Positions 1 through 9,646 of a DNA stretch of 64,000 nucleotides are shown here, piece after piece. Origin of the DNA: a virus. Lineage: Duplodnaviria; Caudoviricetes. Positions within the stretch are counted from its first letter, which is position 1. Every line of letters begins with the position of its first letter. The stretch is taken from positions 11,066-75,065 of IMG/VR virus record IMGVR_UViG_3300001580_000017; one strand, written 5' to 3'. The notes beneath the pieces are model-generated. The model was not told the DNA's origin. It did no database searches and worked only from the letters and a program-made list of their open reading frames with translations. A program made the translations under genes and the position numbers.

Positions 1-1172
1 GCTTCTTGTTTAGTGACCACCTTTATCATATCACTTCTGCTCACCCACCACAATTCTTCATAATCTCCATCATCGGTGTAAAAAGTTTTGGTATATAAAT
101 CATTCAGGGTTTTGCAATTTAAATCTTTTAAACATTTATCGGTATTTCTTTTATCTTCATATATTACGTCATCATCGTCATCATCTGATTTAACTATATC
201 CAATCTCGTTCTACTTAAATTATCATCAACATGTTTTACAACTGTATAAAAATCTATATATGGATATTTTTCTTTTAATTTTTCGTATTCCTTTTTTAGC
301 CAATGAAGAAGTTTTTTAAATTTGGGATTTTCTACAGTTTCTTTTCGGATTTTAATTAAATTTACATCCATTGTGATCTGATGTTTCTTGTTCACAAAGG
401 TCAATGCAATATCATCAGATTTATAATAACCTGATGTGGAATCATCGTAACCGTAATCAACTATATACATTTTATTGTTCCAAATTCCCCACTGTGATTC
501 TCTGCCGATATCTCTACCGCGTATTCCTGTTCTATCCATCAAGTCTATAAATTTTCCAATGTTATCGTGTACTTGCAAAAATTTTTCGGTTACTTCTTGT
601 TTATTATTTTGTATATATATTCTTTGATTTCCATATGTTTGTTTTAAATTATCATACAGCAAATTGCATGTTCCGAACATATCTATTAATTTTCTATCAA
701 ATTCTCCTCCACTCGGTTCAGGAGCAAATGGCATCTGAATCCAATTTGAAAGATTATTATCTCCCCAAGTTAAACCTTTATTATTTTCACTGTCATCTAT
801 AATAGGAAGAAAAAATTCACTATCTCCGAATTTTCTCCAGAAGTTTAATTCCGCTTTGTTCTGTGCTATTCCTTCTCCGTTCAATGCAAGTTTAATTACG
901 GTAGTCACTTTATCTCTCTCGGCATTATATTCAAGATCATATTTCTGTAATATTTCCGGTTTGAATTGTGAAACATCAACCATAACCTTAACAGCCATTC
1001 GAGATGATCCGCTTGCAATATAGTAGCCCATATCTTTTAATTTCTTTTTTAATTCATCAACTGATAATTCATAAGAACCAATGTGTTGTGGATCAAGAGC
1101 ATCGGGATTATATTCTTTTGGGAGAGGAGTTTCGGTTAAAGAGAGGTATTTGTTTAGTAGGGTTTTATTCAT
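1..1172 (-). CDS. Protein-kinase-like fold protein, 3' end runs off the window (not in the ORF track)
   Basis: Manual translation from ATG at 1172 (GGAG SD upstream, late promoter 1204-1211): MNKTLLNKYLSLTETPLP...IASGSSRMAV (Gly loop)...VIKLA (Lys)...AQNKAE (alphaC Glu)...RDIGRESQWG...IVDYG (DFG-like); frame open to position 1. Confidence 0.7.
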   Translation of the reverse strand, partial: MNKTLLNKYLSLTETPLPKEYNPDALDPQHIGSYELSVDELKKKLKDMGYYIASGSSRMAVKVMVDVSQFKPEILQKYDLEYNAERDKVTTVIKLALNGEGIAQNKAELNFWRKFGDSEFFLPIIDDSENNKGLTWGDNNLSNWIQMPFAPEPSGGEFDRKLIDMFGTCNLLYDNLKQTYGNQRIYIQNNKQEVTEKFLQVHDNIGKFIDLMDRTGIRGRDIGRESQWGIWNNKMYIVDYGYDDSTSGYYKSDDIALTFVNKKHQITMDVNLIKIRKETVENPKFKKLLHWLKKEYEKLKEKYPYIDFYTVVKHVDDNLSRTRLDIVKSDDDDDDVIYEDKRNTDKCLKDLNCKTLNDLYTKTFYTDDGDYEELWWVSRSDMIKVVTKQE

Positions 1173-1203
1173 TGGAGTATCTCCGACATCATAATATTAC
1201 ACT

Positions 1204-1211
1204 TATTTATA
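1204..1211 (-). promoter_or_regulatory. T4-type late promoter TATAAATA for the kinase-like gene
   Basis: Exact TATAAATA on minus strand 32 nt upstream of the ATG. Confidence 0.7.
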
Positions 1212-1269
1212 ATTTTGAACGAATAAATAACCAATTTTTGTTAATTACTATATTTATTTGTTTTATTTT

Positions 1270-1277
1270 TATAAATA
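1270..1277 (+). promoter_or_regulatory. Late promoter TATAAATA 6 nt upstream of tnpB-like ORF
   Basis: Exact motif; ATG at 1284; no SD between them. Confidence 0.65.
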
Positions 1278-1283
1278 TATTAT

Positions 1284-2674
1284 ATGAAGACAATTAAACT
1301 GCCGCACATAATGAGCAAAGAAAATAATGATCTTTTGTGTAAATATAGAAGAGAACAATCTTCAGCAATTCGTTTTTCTTTTAATAGATTGGCAGAAAAT
1401 AAAACCGACAAAGAAATTAGATCATTAATTAAATCACTAAATTATAATCATATAGATTCATGGCTCAGTGTATGTTCTATTTTGAAAGCCAAACAATTTT
1501 ATTCTACAGCAAAACAGCAAAAACAAAACAAAGTTATTTTTGCTCGTTCCTCGTTTATAGAATTAAATGCTAAAAAAATAACAAAAGAAGAATTTAAACA
1601 AAAAAGACTGTTTAATTTGTGTATAGATGGTGAGGCTCTGTACAAAGGAAACAGAAAAGTTAATTTAAACATAGAAAAAAATAATTCTATAACTATAAAA
1701 TTATCAAAAAAAGACCACATAGAAATAAAATTACCGAAATTAAAGAAATCTTTCAAAAGACAGTTATTATTATTATTAGAAAAGTTGGCAAATAACAAAA
1801 TAATTCCTTTTAAAATAGAGTTAAATGAAAATTTTATTTATTTTTCTTTTGAGTCAAACGAAATACAACGAAAGAAAAATATGCTAAAAAAGCCGCGACA
1901 AAAACGGAAATTAGAAAAAAAATTAATGATGAGTTAAAACTAATAGAAAGTCATCAATCAAAATTTATACTCGGTATAGATATGAATCCAAATTATATTG
2001 GATTATCGGTTCTAAAATTCTATAACCCAAATGATAAAGATAGTTTTAAAATTATAGAAAAACAAGTCATAGAATTTACGGAATTAAATCAAAGAAAAAA
2101 TAAAACATCAACAGAAAATATTTCCATAAATAATAAGAAAAAATTTGAAATTATTCAAGTAGTTCATAAAATAATTAAATTGGCAAAACATTATAATTGT
2201 TCTAAGATTGCAATAGAAGACCTTAATATAAAATGTGGTGATAGCAGAAAAGGAAAGAACTTTAACAGATTTTGTAATAATATTTGGCACAGGGAATTAT
2301 TCATAAACAAACTAAAAATGTTGTGTACAGAATTTGGTATAGAATTAGTGGAAGTTAATCCTGTATATAGTTCTACTATAGGCAATATAAATTATGGAAA
2401 TGAATATACACCCGATATGGTAGCTTCAAGTATTGAAGTTGCTCGTAGAGGATTTAATAAATATATAAAAGGATGGTTCTACCCAAAACTGATGATTAGA
2501 AATAAGCTAAACCAATGGAAGGAAGAGGTTGATTTTAGTCGGGGTTGGGTTGCTATCCACGAACAAATTAAAAAATCTAAAGTGAAATATAGGTTTCCTC
2601 TTGTTCCTGAGTTATTCCGTGAGGTTTTTAGAAATAGTTCTGCAAAGAGTAAAGTTTTGGTTTATAAAACTTAA
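1284..2674 (+). pseudogene. tnpB: TnpB-related RuvC nuclease (type lacking the zinc finger), split by a one-base frameshift between about 1853 and 1922
   Basis: ORF 1284-1937 is a TnpB N-half; the -1 frame is open from 1853 and gives ILGIDMNPNYIG (RuvC-I), IAIEDL (RuvC-II), VNPVYSS..IG and PDMVASSIEVARRG (RuvC-III); total length 1391 = 3n+2. Confidence 0.75.
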
Positions 2675-2688
2675 ATAGATTTGTATGA

Positions 2689-4029
2689 TTATTTTATTTT
2701 AAACTCGCCCATCGCTATAAATTCACCCATTGCTGTGTTTATATCTCCAAAGAATTGTTTGATGTCGCTATAGTTCCAGTAATCTTTCTTTGGATTCAGT
2801 GTCAGACCATATTTAATTATCCGGTGTAAATAATTTTTAAAAGAATTAAATCCAAACATTATTTCAGAAGCAACTTGAAAATCTGCGGGACTGTTTCCAC
2901 TTGATTTTAATTTCGGCAAGAATACATCTTTTATTTTCGTTCCAATTTCTATTCCACTATCACTCATATACAGTAATTGATTTGGATAAGCATCTTTTAG
3001 AAACCAATTTACAACTGATATAGATTTTTTAATAAATTTATCCACTTTCTTTTCAAATGAAGGATGTTCAATATCGGTATTTAAAATATCCAAATTCAAT
3101 TCATTTAATTCTTTTAATTTATCAACCAGCATTTTTCCATTTGGTGCAAGAGTTCCCATTGGATAATCAATTTCCCCGGTATCAACAAATGTTTTAATAT
3201 CAACTGCCATTCTCGTCTGTGTATCATTTATCATAATACTTGGATCAGGATTATAACCTTCATCCATCAAACTTTTAAATATCTGTCTGTAAATAGGAAT
3301 ATCTTTCTTTTCATAGATGTAATTGTTTCCCCAAAGAAATAAATGGAAGTAACCATTTGCAACTTTTAAATCATATAATAGATCATATCCGGTGTGGTGT
3401 TCATCTCCTCGTGCAATTGGAATAAATGTTTTATTTTTTAAGTTAAACATTATATAACCAACTTCTTGGAATTTTCCTTTATTACTCGGATCGGTGTTAT
3501 TTGCTATAAGAACTTTTGCTTCCCATTTTCTGGTATCGTTCCAATCATCATTCATCTTATAGTCCAAAGGATTTACTTTTGGATCAAGTTTCCAGATTGA
3601 TTTTGGAGAAGATTCTTTTAAATTCTTTTTATTTTCTTTCATTCCAACATATCCATCAATTTCAGTTAAACCTAATTCTGCCAAAGCATTTGCTCGGTGT
3701 GATCCATCTATAATATCATATTTTGTATATCCATTATCACCCACAACTATCGGCAAATAATTTTTTGTTTTATTATACATTTTTATAAATTGTTCAACTT
3801 TAAAATCATCAAGACTAAATTCATCCAAATTTAATTTATTTAATGGAATTTTTTGTTTTATAAAGTAATCATATTTATCGCAGTTGAAATTGCAATCTTC
3901 AATTTCTTCATCATCATAAACAGAATCGTGAATTGATTCAATGTAGTCAGTTATTTCGCCGGGTTGTAATTTTTTTCCAATTGGTTCATCTTTTAATTCA
4001 ACCGCTAAATCAATTTTCCAATTATTCAT
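2689..4029 (-). CDS. ParB/sulfiredoxin-like N-terminal domain fused to an unknown C-terminal domain
   Basis: LPIVV...YDIIDGSHRANALAELG ParB-type motif; NLKES linker between domains. Confidence 0.65.
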   Translation of the reverse strand: MNNWKIDLAVELKDEPIGKKLQPGEITDYIESIHDSVYDDEEIEDCNFNCDKYDYFIKQKIPLNKLNLDEFSLDDFKVEQFIKMYNKTKNYLPIVVGDNGYTKYDIIDGSHRANALAELGLTEIDGYVGMKENKKNLKESSPKSIWKLDPKVNPLDYKMNDDWNDTRKWEAKVLIANNTDPSNKGKFQEVGYIMFNLKNKTFIPIARGDEHHTGYDLLYDLKVANGYFHLFLWGNNYIYEKKDIPIYRQIFKSLMDEGYNPDPSIMINDTQTRMAVDIKTFVDTGEIDYPMGTLAPNGKMLVDKLKELNELNLDILNTDIEHPSFEKKVDKFIKKSISVVNWFLKDAYPNQLLYMSDSGIEIGTKIKDVFLPKLKSSGNSPADFQVASEIMFGFNSFKNYLHRIIKYGLTLNPKKDYWNYSDIKQFFGDINTAMGEFIAMGEFKIK

Positions 4030-4486
4030 TGCTCTTATCCTTTAATGCTTTTAAAAAATTTGTAAGATACGAGGGACTAATTATTTTAATGTTTCTTCTG
4101 TTATTGTAATATTCAAACAGCATATTCTGATAACATCTCAAAGAATATATATTGTATTCGGTGTACAAGGTATTCGCAAGTTCTAATATTTCTTTATCAT
4201 TTAAAATCCAATCAAAAGGATTATTGATATCATTCAACATTAAAAATATCCACCAGAACTCAGTATTACCATATAAATTATAACTCAATTTATCCAACCT
4301 GCTGTCTTGGGGTACAATATAATCAATTATCCAAGCATTGTCAATCACATTCTTCCAGTTTTTCATCGAACTTAATTCTTTCATATTTAGAACTTGTGAT
4401 TGATAGTAGTCGAATTTAATTCCATTCGTTTTATTATATTCCGTCAGGTCTATTGTATTTTCTTTGAATAAATCGAAATAGTTCAT
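4022..4486 (-). CDS. gp53: Baseplate wedge protein gp53-like
   Basis: YIVPQDSRLDKLSYNLYGNTEFWWIFLMLNDINNPFDW matches the gp53 LysM-like pattern; follows gp48. Confidence 0.85.
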   Translation of the reverse strand: MNYFDLFKENTIDLTEYNKTNGIKFDYYQSQVLNMKELSSMKNWKNVIDNAWIIDYIVPQDSRLDKLSYNLYGNTEFWWIFLMLNDINNPFDWILNDKEILELANTLYTEYNIYSLRCYQNMLFEYYNNRRNIKIISPSYLTNFLKALKDKSNE

Positions 4487-5397
4487 TATATCACCTTCGT
4501 TTGATCTTTTGATACTGTTTCTTTCGTTCCATAATTCACAATATCCAAAGCACTTTTTATTATTCCACTATTATCATCACCCAATGATCCGGTTGGTCTA
4601 ACCATAGAGTGCATAGATTTAAATACAAGGGATAATTCATAACCAAAAGCATTTGCACCATTGTCATCTTTATAGAATGGTGTATCTGATCTACTGCTAT
4701 CATATATAAATTTAGCATTGATAGATACTAAATTCATCCACGTATATTCCCTCATTAAAGAAAGATATGTTGATTGTTTTGTATAGTAACCAATATCAAA
4801 AATTAAAGGAGATTGCAAAATTGGATAAGCTTCAAAATCTTCTATTTTTCCTCCGAGTCTTTGTGGCAATCCTGCATATTTAAAAACATTTACGAGTAGA
4901 GATATTTTTTCTGCTTCATCTTTATCGTTTGGCAGTAAAGTAAAATTTAAAGTTTGATTTAAAAAGTCTGGTTCGCTATAAACATTAACCATACGCGGAT
5001 CAACATATGCATCTAATCCTATACTACCTTGGTCTTTTATTGTTTTGTATGCTTGGTTTAGTCCCGTTCCCGTTGATATACCTTCTAATACGGTGTCAAG
5101 TCCACCCATCAATGCCTCACTTGCAGTACGAAACCATCCCTGAGTTCGAGCATTATCATCAAATATTGCTCCAGTTAATCCTAATGTTTTTAATCCTTTA
5201 TATTGCGGAGCATTTGAATAATTCGTATCTTTCGGAATGTGAGAAATAAAATGGAATCTATAAAGTTTATCAGCCATTTTCATATCTTCTGCATCTTTCT
5301 GTAGTTTAAATTTATAAGGAAAAGCAGATATAATACAGTATGGAGAATTTCCGGTATCTATGTCACTTGGATATTTAAAAACATTATTTTTTGGCAT
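4486..5397 (-). CDS. gp48: Baseplate tail-tube cap gp48-like
   Basis: FKYPSD start, DPRMVNVYSEPDFLNQTLNFTLLPNDKDEAEKI; position between tape measure and gp53. Confidence 0.7.
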   Translation of the reverse strand: MPKNNVFKYPSDIDTGNSPYCIISAFPYKFKLQKDAEDMKMADKLYRFHFISHIPKDTNYSNAPQYKGLKTLGLTGAIFDDNARTQGWFRTASEALMGGLDTVLEGISTGTGLNQAYKTIKDQGSIGLDAYVDPRMVNVYSEPDFLNQTLNFTLLPNDKDEAEKISLLVNVFKYAGLPQRLGGKIEDFEAYPILQSPLIFDIGYYTKQSTYLSLMREYTWMNLVSINAKFIYDSSRSDTPFYKDDNGANAFGYELSLVFKSMHSMVRPTGSLGDDNSGIIKSALDIVNYGTKETVSKDQTKVI

Positions 5398-5406
5398 ATT
5401 ATTCCT

Positions 5407-7707
5407 TTATGCAAATTTAGGAAAATCTTTATCGTAAGGAACGGGAACATAAACAACTTTTACATTTCCATTACTTCCGATATTATTTATAGTATTGTTC
5501 AACATTGATACCTGCTGTTGAGATTTTTCATTCTTTTTTATTGCTGTATTTTTTTCCCATACCGAAACAGTTGCAACATATAATTCAAGAACAGTCTTTT
5601 TTATTTCATTTGGATCAATGTAGCTTGTTTCGGTTTTTAATTCTTTAAAAGCTTCCTTTAAAGATTTTATGAGGCTTTTATTACTGCTATCTTTATTTCC
5701 GGGAAGATTAGTTCCAATTACAACAAGATCATCTTTATCATAAGGAGTTACTTTATCACCATGAACAATTGCATCTTTGACTGTTGATCCGACTGATGGA
5801 ACTTGAACCGGTGGCGGTGTTTTTGCTGAATTTGCCTCTCTTTCTCTTTTCCACTGTTCTTTTGATTTGGTTGGTTTTTTTAATTTTCCCTTGCTGTCAA
5901 CGCCAGTTCTTATTATTTCTTGCATATCAGCATTAGCATCTGTGTATTTTATAGCAGCACCCTCTCCACCACTCATATCCCAAGTAGTATCCGTGGCTTC
6001 GTATTCTTTTGCGGCTTCATCTAATTGTGCTTTTGCTTGATCCACCAAATAAAGTTGTTCTTCAGAAAATTTGGAATAATCAACTGGTTCATCATTGCCA
6101 AATAAATTAAATGCATCTCTAATTACATCATATATTGAATAGACTGTTCCGCCCAATATACCAACAGCCGTTCCTACTGTTGCTATACTTCCAGCAATTG
6201 CAGTTAATGGGGGCAAAAATTTCTTCATCAGCGGTTCAAGGGCTTTATATATAAGCAAATCATCAACAATGCTATTATTCTGAGAACCTTTTATATCATT
6301 TAATTTATCCAATAATAAAGAATTATCAGAAGAAGTTTTTTCAACTGTTTTGCCCGTTCCCTTTTCGCCTTTTTCTTTTCTTTGTAAATCTAAATCTTCA
6401 TCTCTTTCCGTGTTGTATTTGAAAATATCTGTTATTATTTTCTTTATATCAAATATATCCTTTCTCATTGCTAAGGTATGAATCAACATCGGGTCTTTCT
6501 TACTATCCTTTCCGACACCAAACATTCTTTGTAAAGCATTCATCCAATCAGAAGAATTTGATTTATTTCCTTCTGGAGTAAACACTTTGTTGTTTTTTAC
6601 TATTTCTATTCCGTTTTCACCAACAATAGTTGCTTCATTCGGATTTATATCTCCGCCGTATTTTTTTGCTGGTGCAGTTTTGGCAGTTTTCTTATTCTGA
6701 GATTGGTCATATATATCAGTCCAAGATTTTTCTGTAAGTATTCCTTTATTAGATGCTATACTCTTGCTTGTGTTTGTTCGCATCCGGCTTTCAAAATCCA
6801 GCAACTCCCGTTCAAGCGAAGCTTCATCTAATCCTTGTGTTTCGAGTTCTTCTTTATATTTCTCGGTGTAGGTATCAATCATTGTTTCGTGGATAGGTAA
6901 CACTTCGCCTCTGCCCATCTTTCTGCTCGTGAATTTCCTCATCCGTGTTCCGAGTTGTTCACCCCAAGAACCAAGTGCTTTATTTATTCCGAATATTCCT
7001 CCACTCTTTGAAAGAATTTGTTGGAATGATTGTTTCCCTTCTTCCTTTCTCTGATCCTTGAGGAAGCGATCAATCATTTTGTTTATGTCACCAGTTGATT
7101 TACCTGTTACATCTATTCCGAGTTTTATTCCAATTTTAGTTTTTAATTCTCTATCTGTTATATTAGCAGATGCTTCTTGATGTTGTGATAGTTTTTCATC
7201 AAGTTCTATTAATTTATTGACATCAACATCTCCAGTTTTTTTATCAACAACAATAACAGATTTTCTTTTATCTTCAATATCTTTTAATTGTTTTAATTCT
7301 TTTTTTACTTTATCTTGTAATCTTTTTAAATCAGTCTTTTTTCCCCAGTCAAGTTTAACATTAGTATTTTTTATTTCTTGTTCAAGTTTTTCTATGACAG
7401 CATGATATTTTTTAAATTCTTCATCAATACTATCAGTGGTTTTATCAAATTCATTTTTTAATATGTATATCCGATGTTCTATGGATCGGAGAATTGATGT
7501 TTTATATGTTTCTCTGCGTTTTTTTGCTTCGGTTTCATCAAATCCCATAAGCTTGAGATACAAGTTGATCTTTTTCATACCATCAGTATATATTATATCA
7601 ACTTCTTTTAGAGTTTTTGCTTCTTTTATGCGTTTTTCAATTAAGTCTTTATCTTTTTTAAAGTCCCAAGTTCTTTTATATTTTTCCGATGGTGTTAATT
7701 CTGCCAT
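5407..7707 (-). CDS. Tape measure / gp29-like hub protein
   Basis: 766 aa, long coiled-coil N-half, hydrophobic Gly/Ala helix, GG..N..TIVGENGIE motif; gp26-gp51-(29)-gp48-gp53 synteny. Confidence 0.65.
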   Translation of the reverse strand: MAELTPSEKYKRTWDFKKDKDLIEKRIKEAKTLKEVDIIYTDGMKKINLYLKLMGFDETEAKKRRETYKTSILRSIEHRIYILKNEFDKTTDSIDEEFKKYHAVIEKLEQEIKNTNVKLDWGKKTDLKRLQDKVKKELKQLKDIEDKRKSVIVVDKKTGDVDVNKLIELDEKLSQHQEASANITDRELKTKIGIKLGIDVTGKSTGDINKMIDRFLKDQRKEEGKQSFQQILSKSGGIFGINKALGSWGEQLGTRMRKFTSRKMGRGEVLPIHETMIDTYTEKYKEELETQGLDEASLERELLDFESRMRTNTSKSIASNKGILTEKSWTDIYDQSQNKKTAKTAPAKKYGGDINPNEATIVGENGIEIVKNNKVFTPEGNKSNSSDWMNALQRMFGVGKDSKKDPMLIHTLAMRKDIFDIKKIITDIFKYNTERDEDLDLQRKEKGEKGTGKTVEKTSSDNSLLLDKLNDIKGSQNNSIVDDLLIYKALEPLMKKFLPPLTAIAGSIATVGTAVGILGGTVYSIYDVIRDAFNLFGNDEPVDYSKFSEEQLYLVDQAKAQLDEAAKEYEATDTTWDMSGGEGAAIKYTDANADMQEIIRTGVDSKGKLKKPTKSKEQWKREREANSAKTPPPVQVPSVGSTVKDAIVHGDKVTPYDKDDLVVIGTNLPGNKDSSNKSLIKSLKEAFKELKTETSYIDPNEIKKTVLELYVATVSVWEKNTAIKKNEKSQQQVSMLNNTINNIGSNGNVKVVYVPVPYDKDFPKFA

Positions 7708-7709
7708 AT

Positions 7710-7868
7710 CTACTCCGCTTGTTCATTCTGGATACTGTTCGTGGTCATCATATACTCAATGTCAAATTCATAAGGAAACATATTATCTATTTCCGCGTGA
7801 CTGTATCCGGCATGTTTCTTCATAACGAACCGTCTTTGTGTGAATTGTTCCAAAGTTAAATCAGTCAC
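7710..7868 (-). CDS. gp51: Baseplate hub assembly protein gp51-like (52 aa, GTG start; not in the ORF track)
   Basis: Manual translation (V/M)TDLTLEQFTQRRFVMKKHAGYSHAEIDNMFPYEFDIEYMM...; start overlaps gp26 stop (GTGA). Confidence 0.75.
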   Translation of the reverse strand: MTDLTLEQFTQRRFVMKKHAGYSHAEIDNMFPYEFDIEYMMTTNSIQNEQAE

Positions 7869-8617
7869 GCATTTACAAAAAAATACGGTTCATCCACAGT
7901 CAAAGGATATTCCTTGTTGCAATTCTTACAAGTTCTTTGATCTTCGATCCAGAATATTATTTTTTTATCACCCATGTATTTCAATAGTTGTTTATATTCC
8001 AAATCAGGATCAATGTTCTTGCCAATGAATTTTTTAATATCATCAATATCCACATCTTCATAAACAATATTTTTTATTACCAATTTTTTAATACTGTAGT
8101 GTAACATATCATTTGCTGTTTCAAAGAAGTTTTTATCTTCCCTATCTTTAATTATTTCAAGTTCTTTGATATAAGGAATCTGTTGAAAAATTATTTTGTC
8201 TCCATTCGCTATTGTGTATTCATATTCTTCTTCAAAAGTGTCCGGATCATATTTGGTGTTATTCAGAATATTTATACTGTAAGCATCATATATCCAGTTG
8301 CAATGAGGACAGTAGTGAGGTCTGAATATACTTGGATCATTTGACATGCTTCTGATAACACTCATCGCAAAAACAAAATCCGCCTTATGCATATTATCAA
8401 CTGTGTTATGATCTTCCGGGTGAACACAAGCTTTGAATAATTTAAATGTTTCGATGTTCCTGTTGTATTCAGAATCTTGTGTGGTTATTGCGTGGAGATA
8501 TTTTCTTATTTCCTGTGTCAAATACTTTCTCACTCTGATTATTTTTTTGGAAAACTTTAATTCCAAATCCTGATATGATTGATCATCTGTGTTAAATACT
8601 TCCTGTGGTAACTTCAT
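7865..8617 (-). CDS. gp26: Baseplate hub subunit gp26-like
   Basis: MKLP...YQDLELKFSKKIIRVRKYLTQE start, CPHC and CKNC pairs, ends EPYFF; precedes gp51. Confidence 0.75.
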   Translation of the reverse strand: MKLPQEVFNTDDQSYQDLELKFSKKIIRVRKYLTQEIRKYLHAITTQDSEYNRNIETFKLFKACVHPEDHNTVDNMHKADFVFAMSVIRSMSNDPSIFRPHYCPHCNWIYDAYSINILNNTKYDPDTFEEEYEYTIANGDKIIFQQIPYIKELEIIKDREDKNFFETANDMLHYSIKKLVIKNIVYEDVDIDDIKKFIGKNIDPDLEYKQLLKYMGDKKIIFWIEDQRTCKNCNKEYPLTVDEPYFFVNA

Positions 8618-8640
8618 ATTAACTCCCTTTTGTTTTTATT

Positions 8641-8648
8641 TATTTATA
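8641..8648 (-). promoter_or_regulatory. Late promoter for the baseplate operon
   Basis: Exact TATAAATA 24 nt upstream of gp26. Confidence 0.75.
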
Positions 8649-8666
8649 AAATTTTGAAAATAAATG

Positions 8667-8695
8667 TTGACAAGAATGAAAAGATTGTTTACCTT
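8667..8695 (+). promoter_or_regulatory. Sigma70-type early promoter (TTGACA-N17-TACCTT)
   Basis: -35 at 8667-8672, -10 at 8690-8695, 17 bp spacer. Confidence 0.55.
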
Positions 8696-8701
8696 TCTAT
8701 T

Positions 8702-8770
8702 GTAGTTAAGTTTTCGGTTTTATGTTTTCATTTCCGAAAAATCCTGAGGCCTCTCCCCTTGGGATTTTTT
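8702..8770 (+). ncRNA. Candidate about 70-nt small RNA (hairpin plus intrinsic terminator)
   Basis: Bracketed by a promoter and terminator stem ATCCTGAGG/CCTTGGGAT plus T-run; 5' stem TTTTCGG/CCGAAAA; no ORF. Confidence 0.45.
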
Positions 8771-8800
8771 ATTTAATGAAGAAGATTTTAATCTTTTTCC

Positions 8801-8829
8801 TTGACAAATGAATTTTTATTTCGTATATT
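8801..8829 (+). promoter_or_regulatory. Sigma70-type early promoter TTGACA-N17-TATATT
   Basis: Consensus -35, 17 bp spacer, followed by SD GGAGAG and ATG at 8858. Confidence 0.85.
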
Positions 8830-8857
8830 TCCTTCAACAATCAATCAGGAGAGAAAA

Positions 8858-9193
8858 ATGTTAAAAATTTATGGTAGAAGAACCAACGAAGCCAAAGCTC
8901 TGATGAAAGAATTGACAGAAGAGAACTATAAAGAACAACTGATTGATAGAATAAACAAAAATGCAGAAAAACTCACAGAAGAAGTAAAAGCAAGAGATAC
9001 ACACGAAGAAATGATAAAGTGGTTTATTAAGGTAATAGAACAGGATAAACAGCAAGTAACGCGGATGGTAGCAGAAGAAACTGGTGATATGTACTCTGCT
9101 TGCTGGGTGGTATTGGATGGAGAAAAAGACTTGATAAAATTGTTAAACGATGATTATGGTTGGTATATCGAGGAACATCTCTCGCGAAAATAA
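8858..9193 (+). CDS. Hypothetical early protein
   Basis: Start moved to ATG 8858 by SD and promoter (ORF track start overlaps the -35 box). Confidence 0.7.
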   Translation: MLKIYGRRTNEAKALMKELTEENYKEQLIDRINKNAEKLTEEVKARDTHEEMIKWFIKVIEQDKQQVTRMVAEETGDMYSACWVVLDGEKDLIKLLNDDYGWYIEEHLSRK

Positions 9194-9646
9194 AGCGATC
9201 TCTCCATTGTCCTTATATATTTTTTTCAATATAGTTCTAACAACCATTCGTTTTTCTTTTCCCCCATCATCAAAGGAATCAACTATTATTTTAACATTAT
9301 AGTTTTCAAGATGCAAACATATTTTGACATATCCGTTTGCTTGTCTCTTTTTTAATTTTTGATATGCTACTAAATTTATTTTATTTTTGATATGTGAAAG
9401 TTCGGAATCATCAGGTACACCAAGTTCATCAATGAGATGTTTTATTCCTGTAAGAACTCCAGCTTCATCCAAATCATTCATTGACCGATCATACCGAATA
9501 TCATCAATATGAGTGGTTTTTCCCCAATCTCCGTTTCTGCTGAAGTAAATGTCCCATCCGCTGTAGTTTTCTTTATAGATAGCCTGTTTATAGTCTTTTG
9601 GATGTTCTAAAAGGAGATAGTATTGTTCCATTAGGATTTTATTCAT
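9143..9646 (-). CDS. Hypothetical late protein with capsid-targeting-like N-terminus
   Basis: MNKILMEQYYLLLEH; last gene of the gp13 late operon. Confidence 0.6.
   Translation of the reverse strand: MNKILMEQYYLLLEHPKDYKQAIYKENYSGWDIYFSRNGDWGKTTHIDDIRYDRSMNDLDEAGVLTGIKHLIDELGVPDDSELSHIKNKINLVAYQKLKKRQANGYVKICLHLENYNVKIIVDSFDDGGKEKRMVVRTILKKIYKDNGEIALFSREMFLDIPTIIIV

Noticed and set aside
1004-1297. Plus-strand 97-aa ORF and similar short antisense ORFs in the track (e.g. 1499-1798, 7436-7825, 25021-25305, 41506-41871, 49705-50046)
   Set aside because: They lie opposite well-supported genes, are F/L/I/S-rich shadows of AT-rich coding strands and lack SDs
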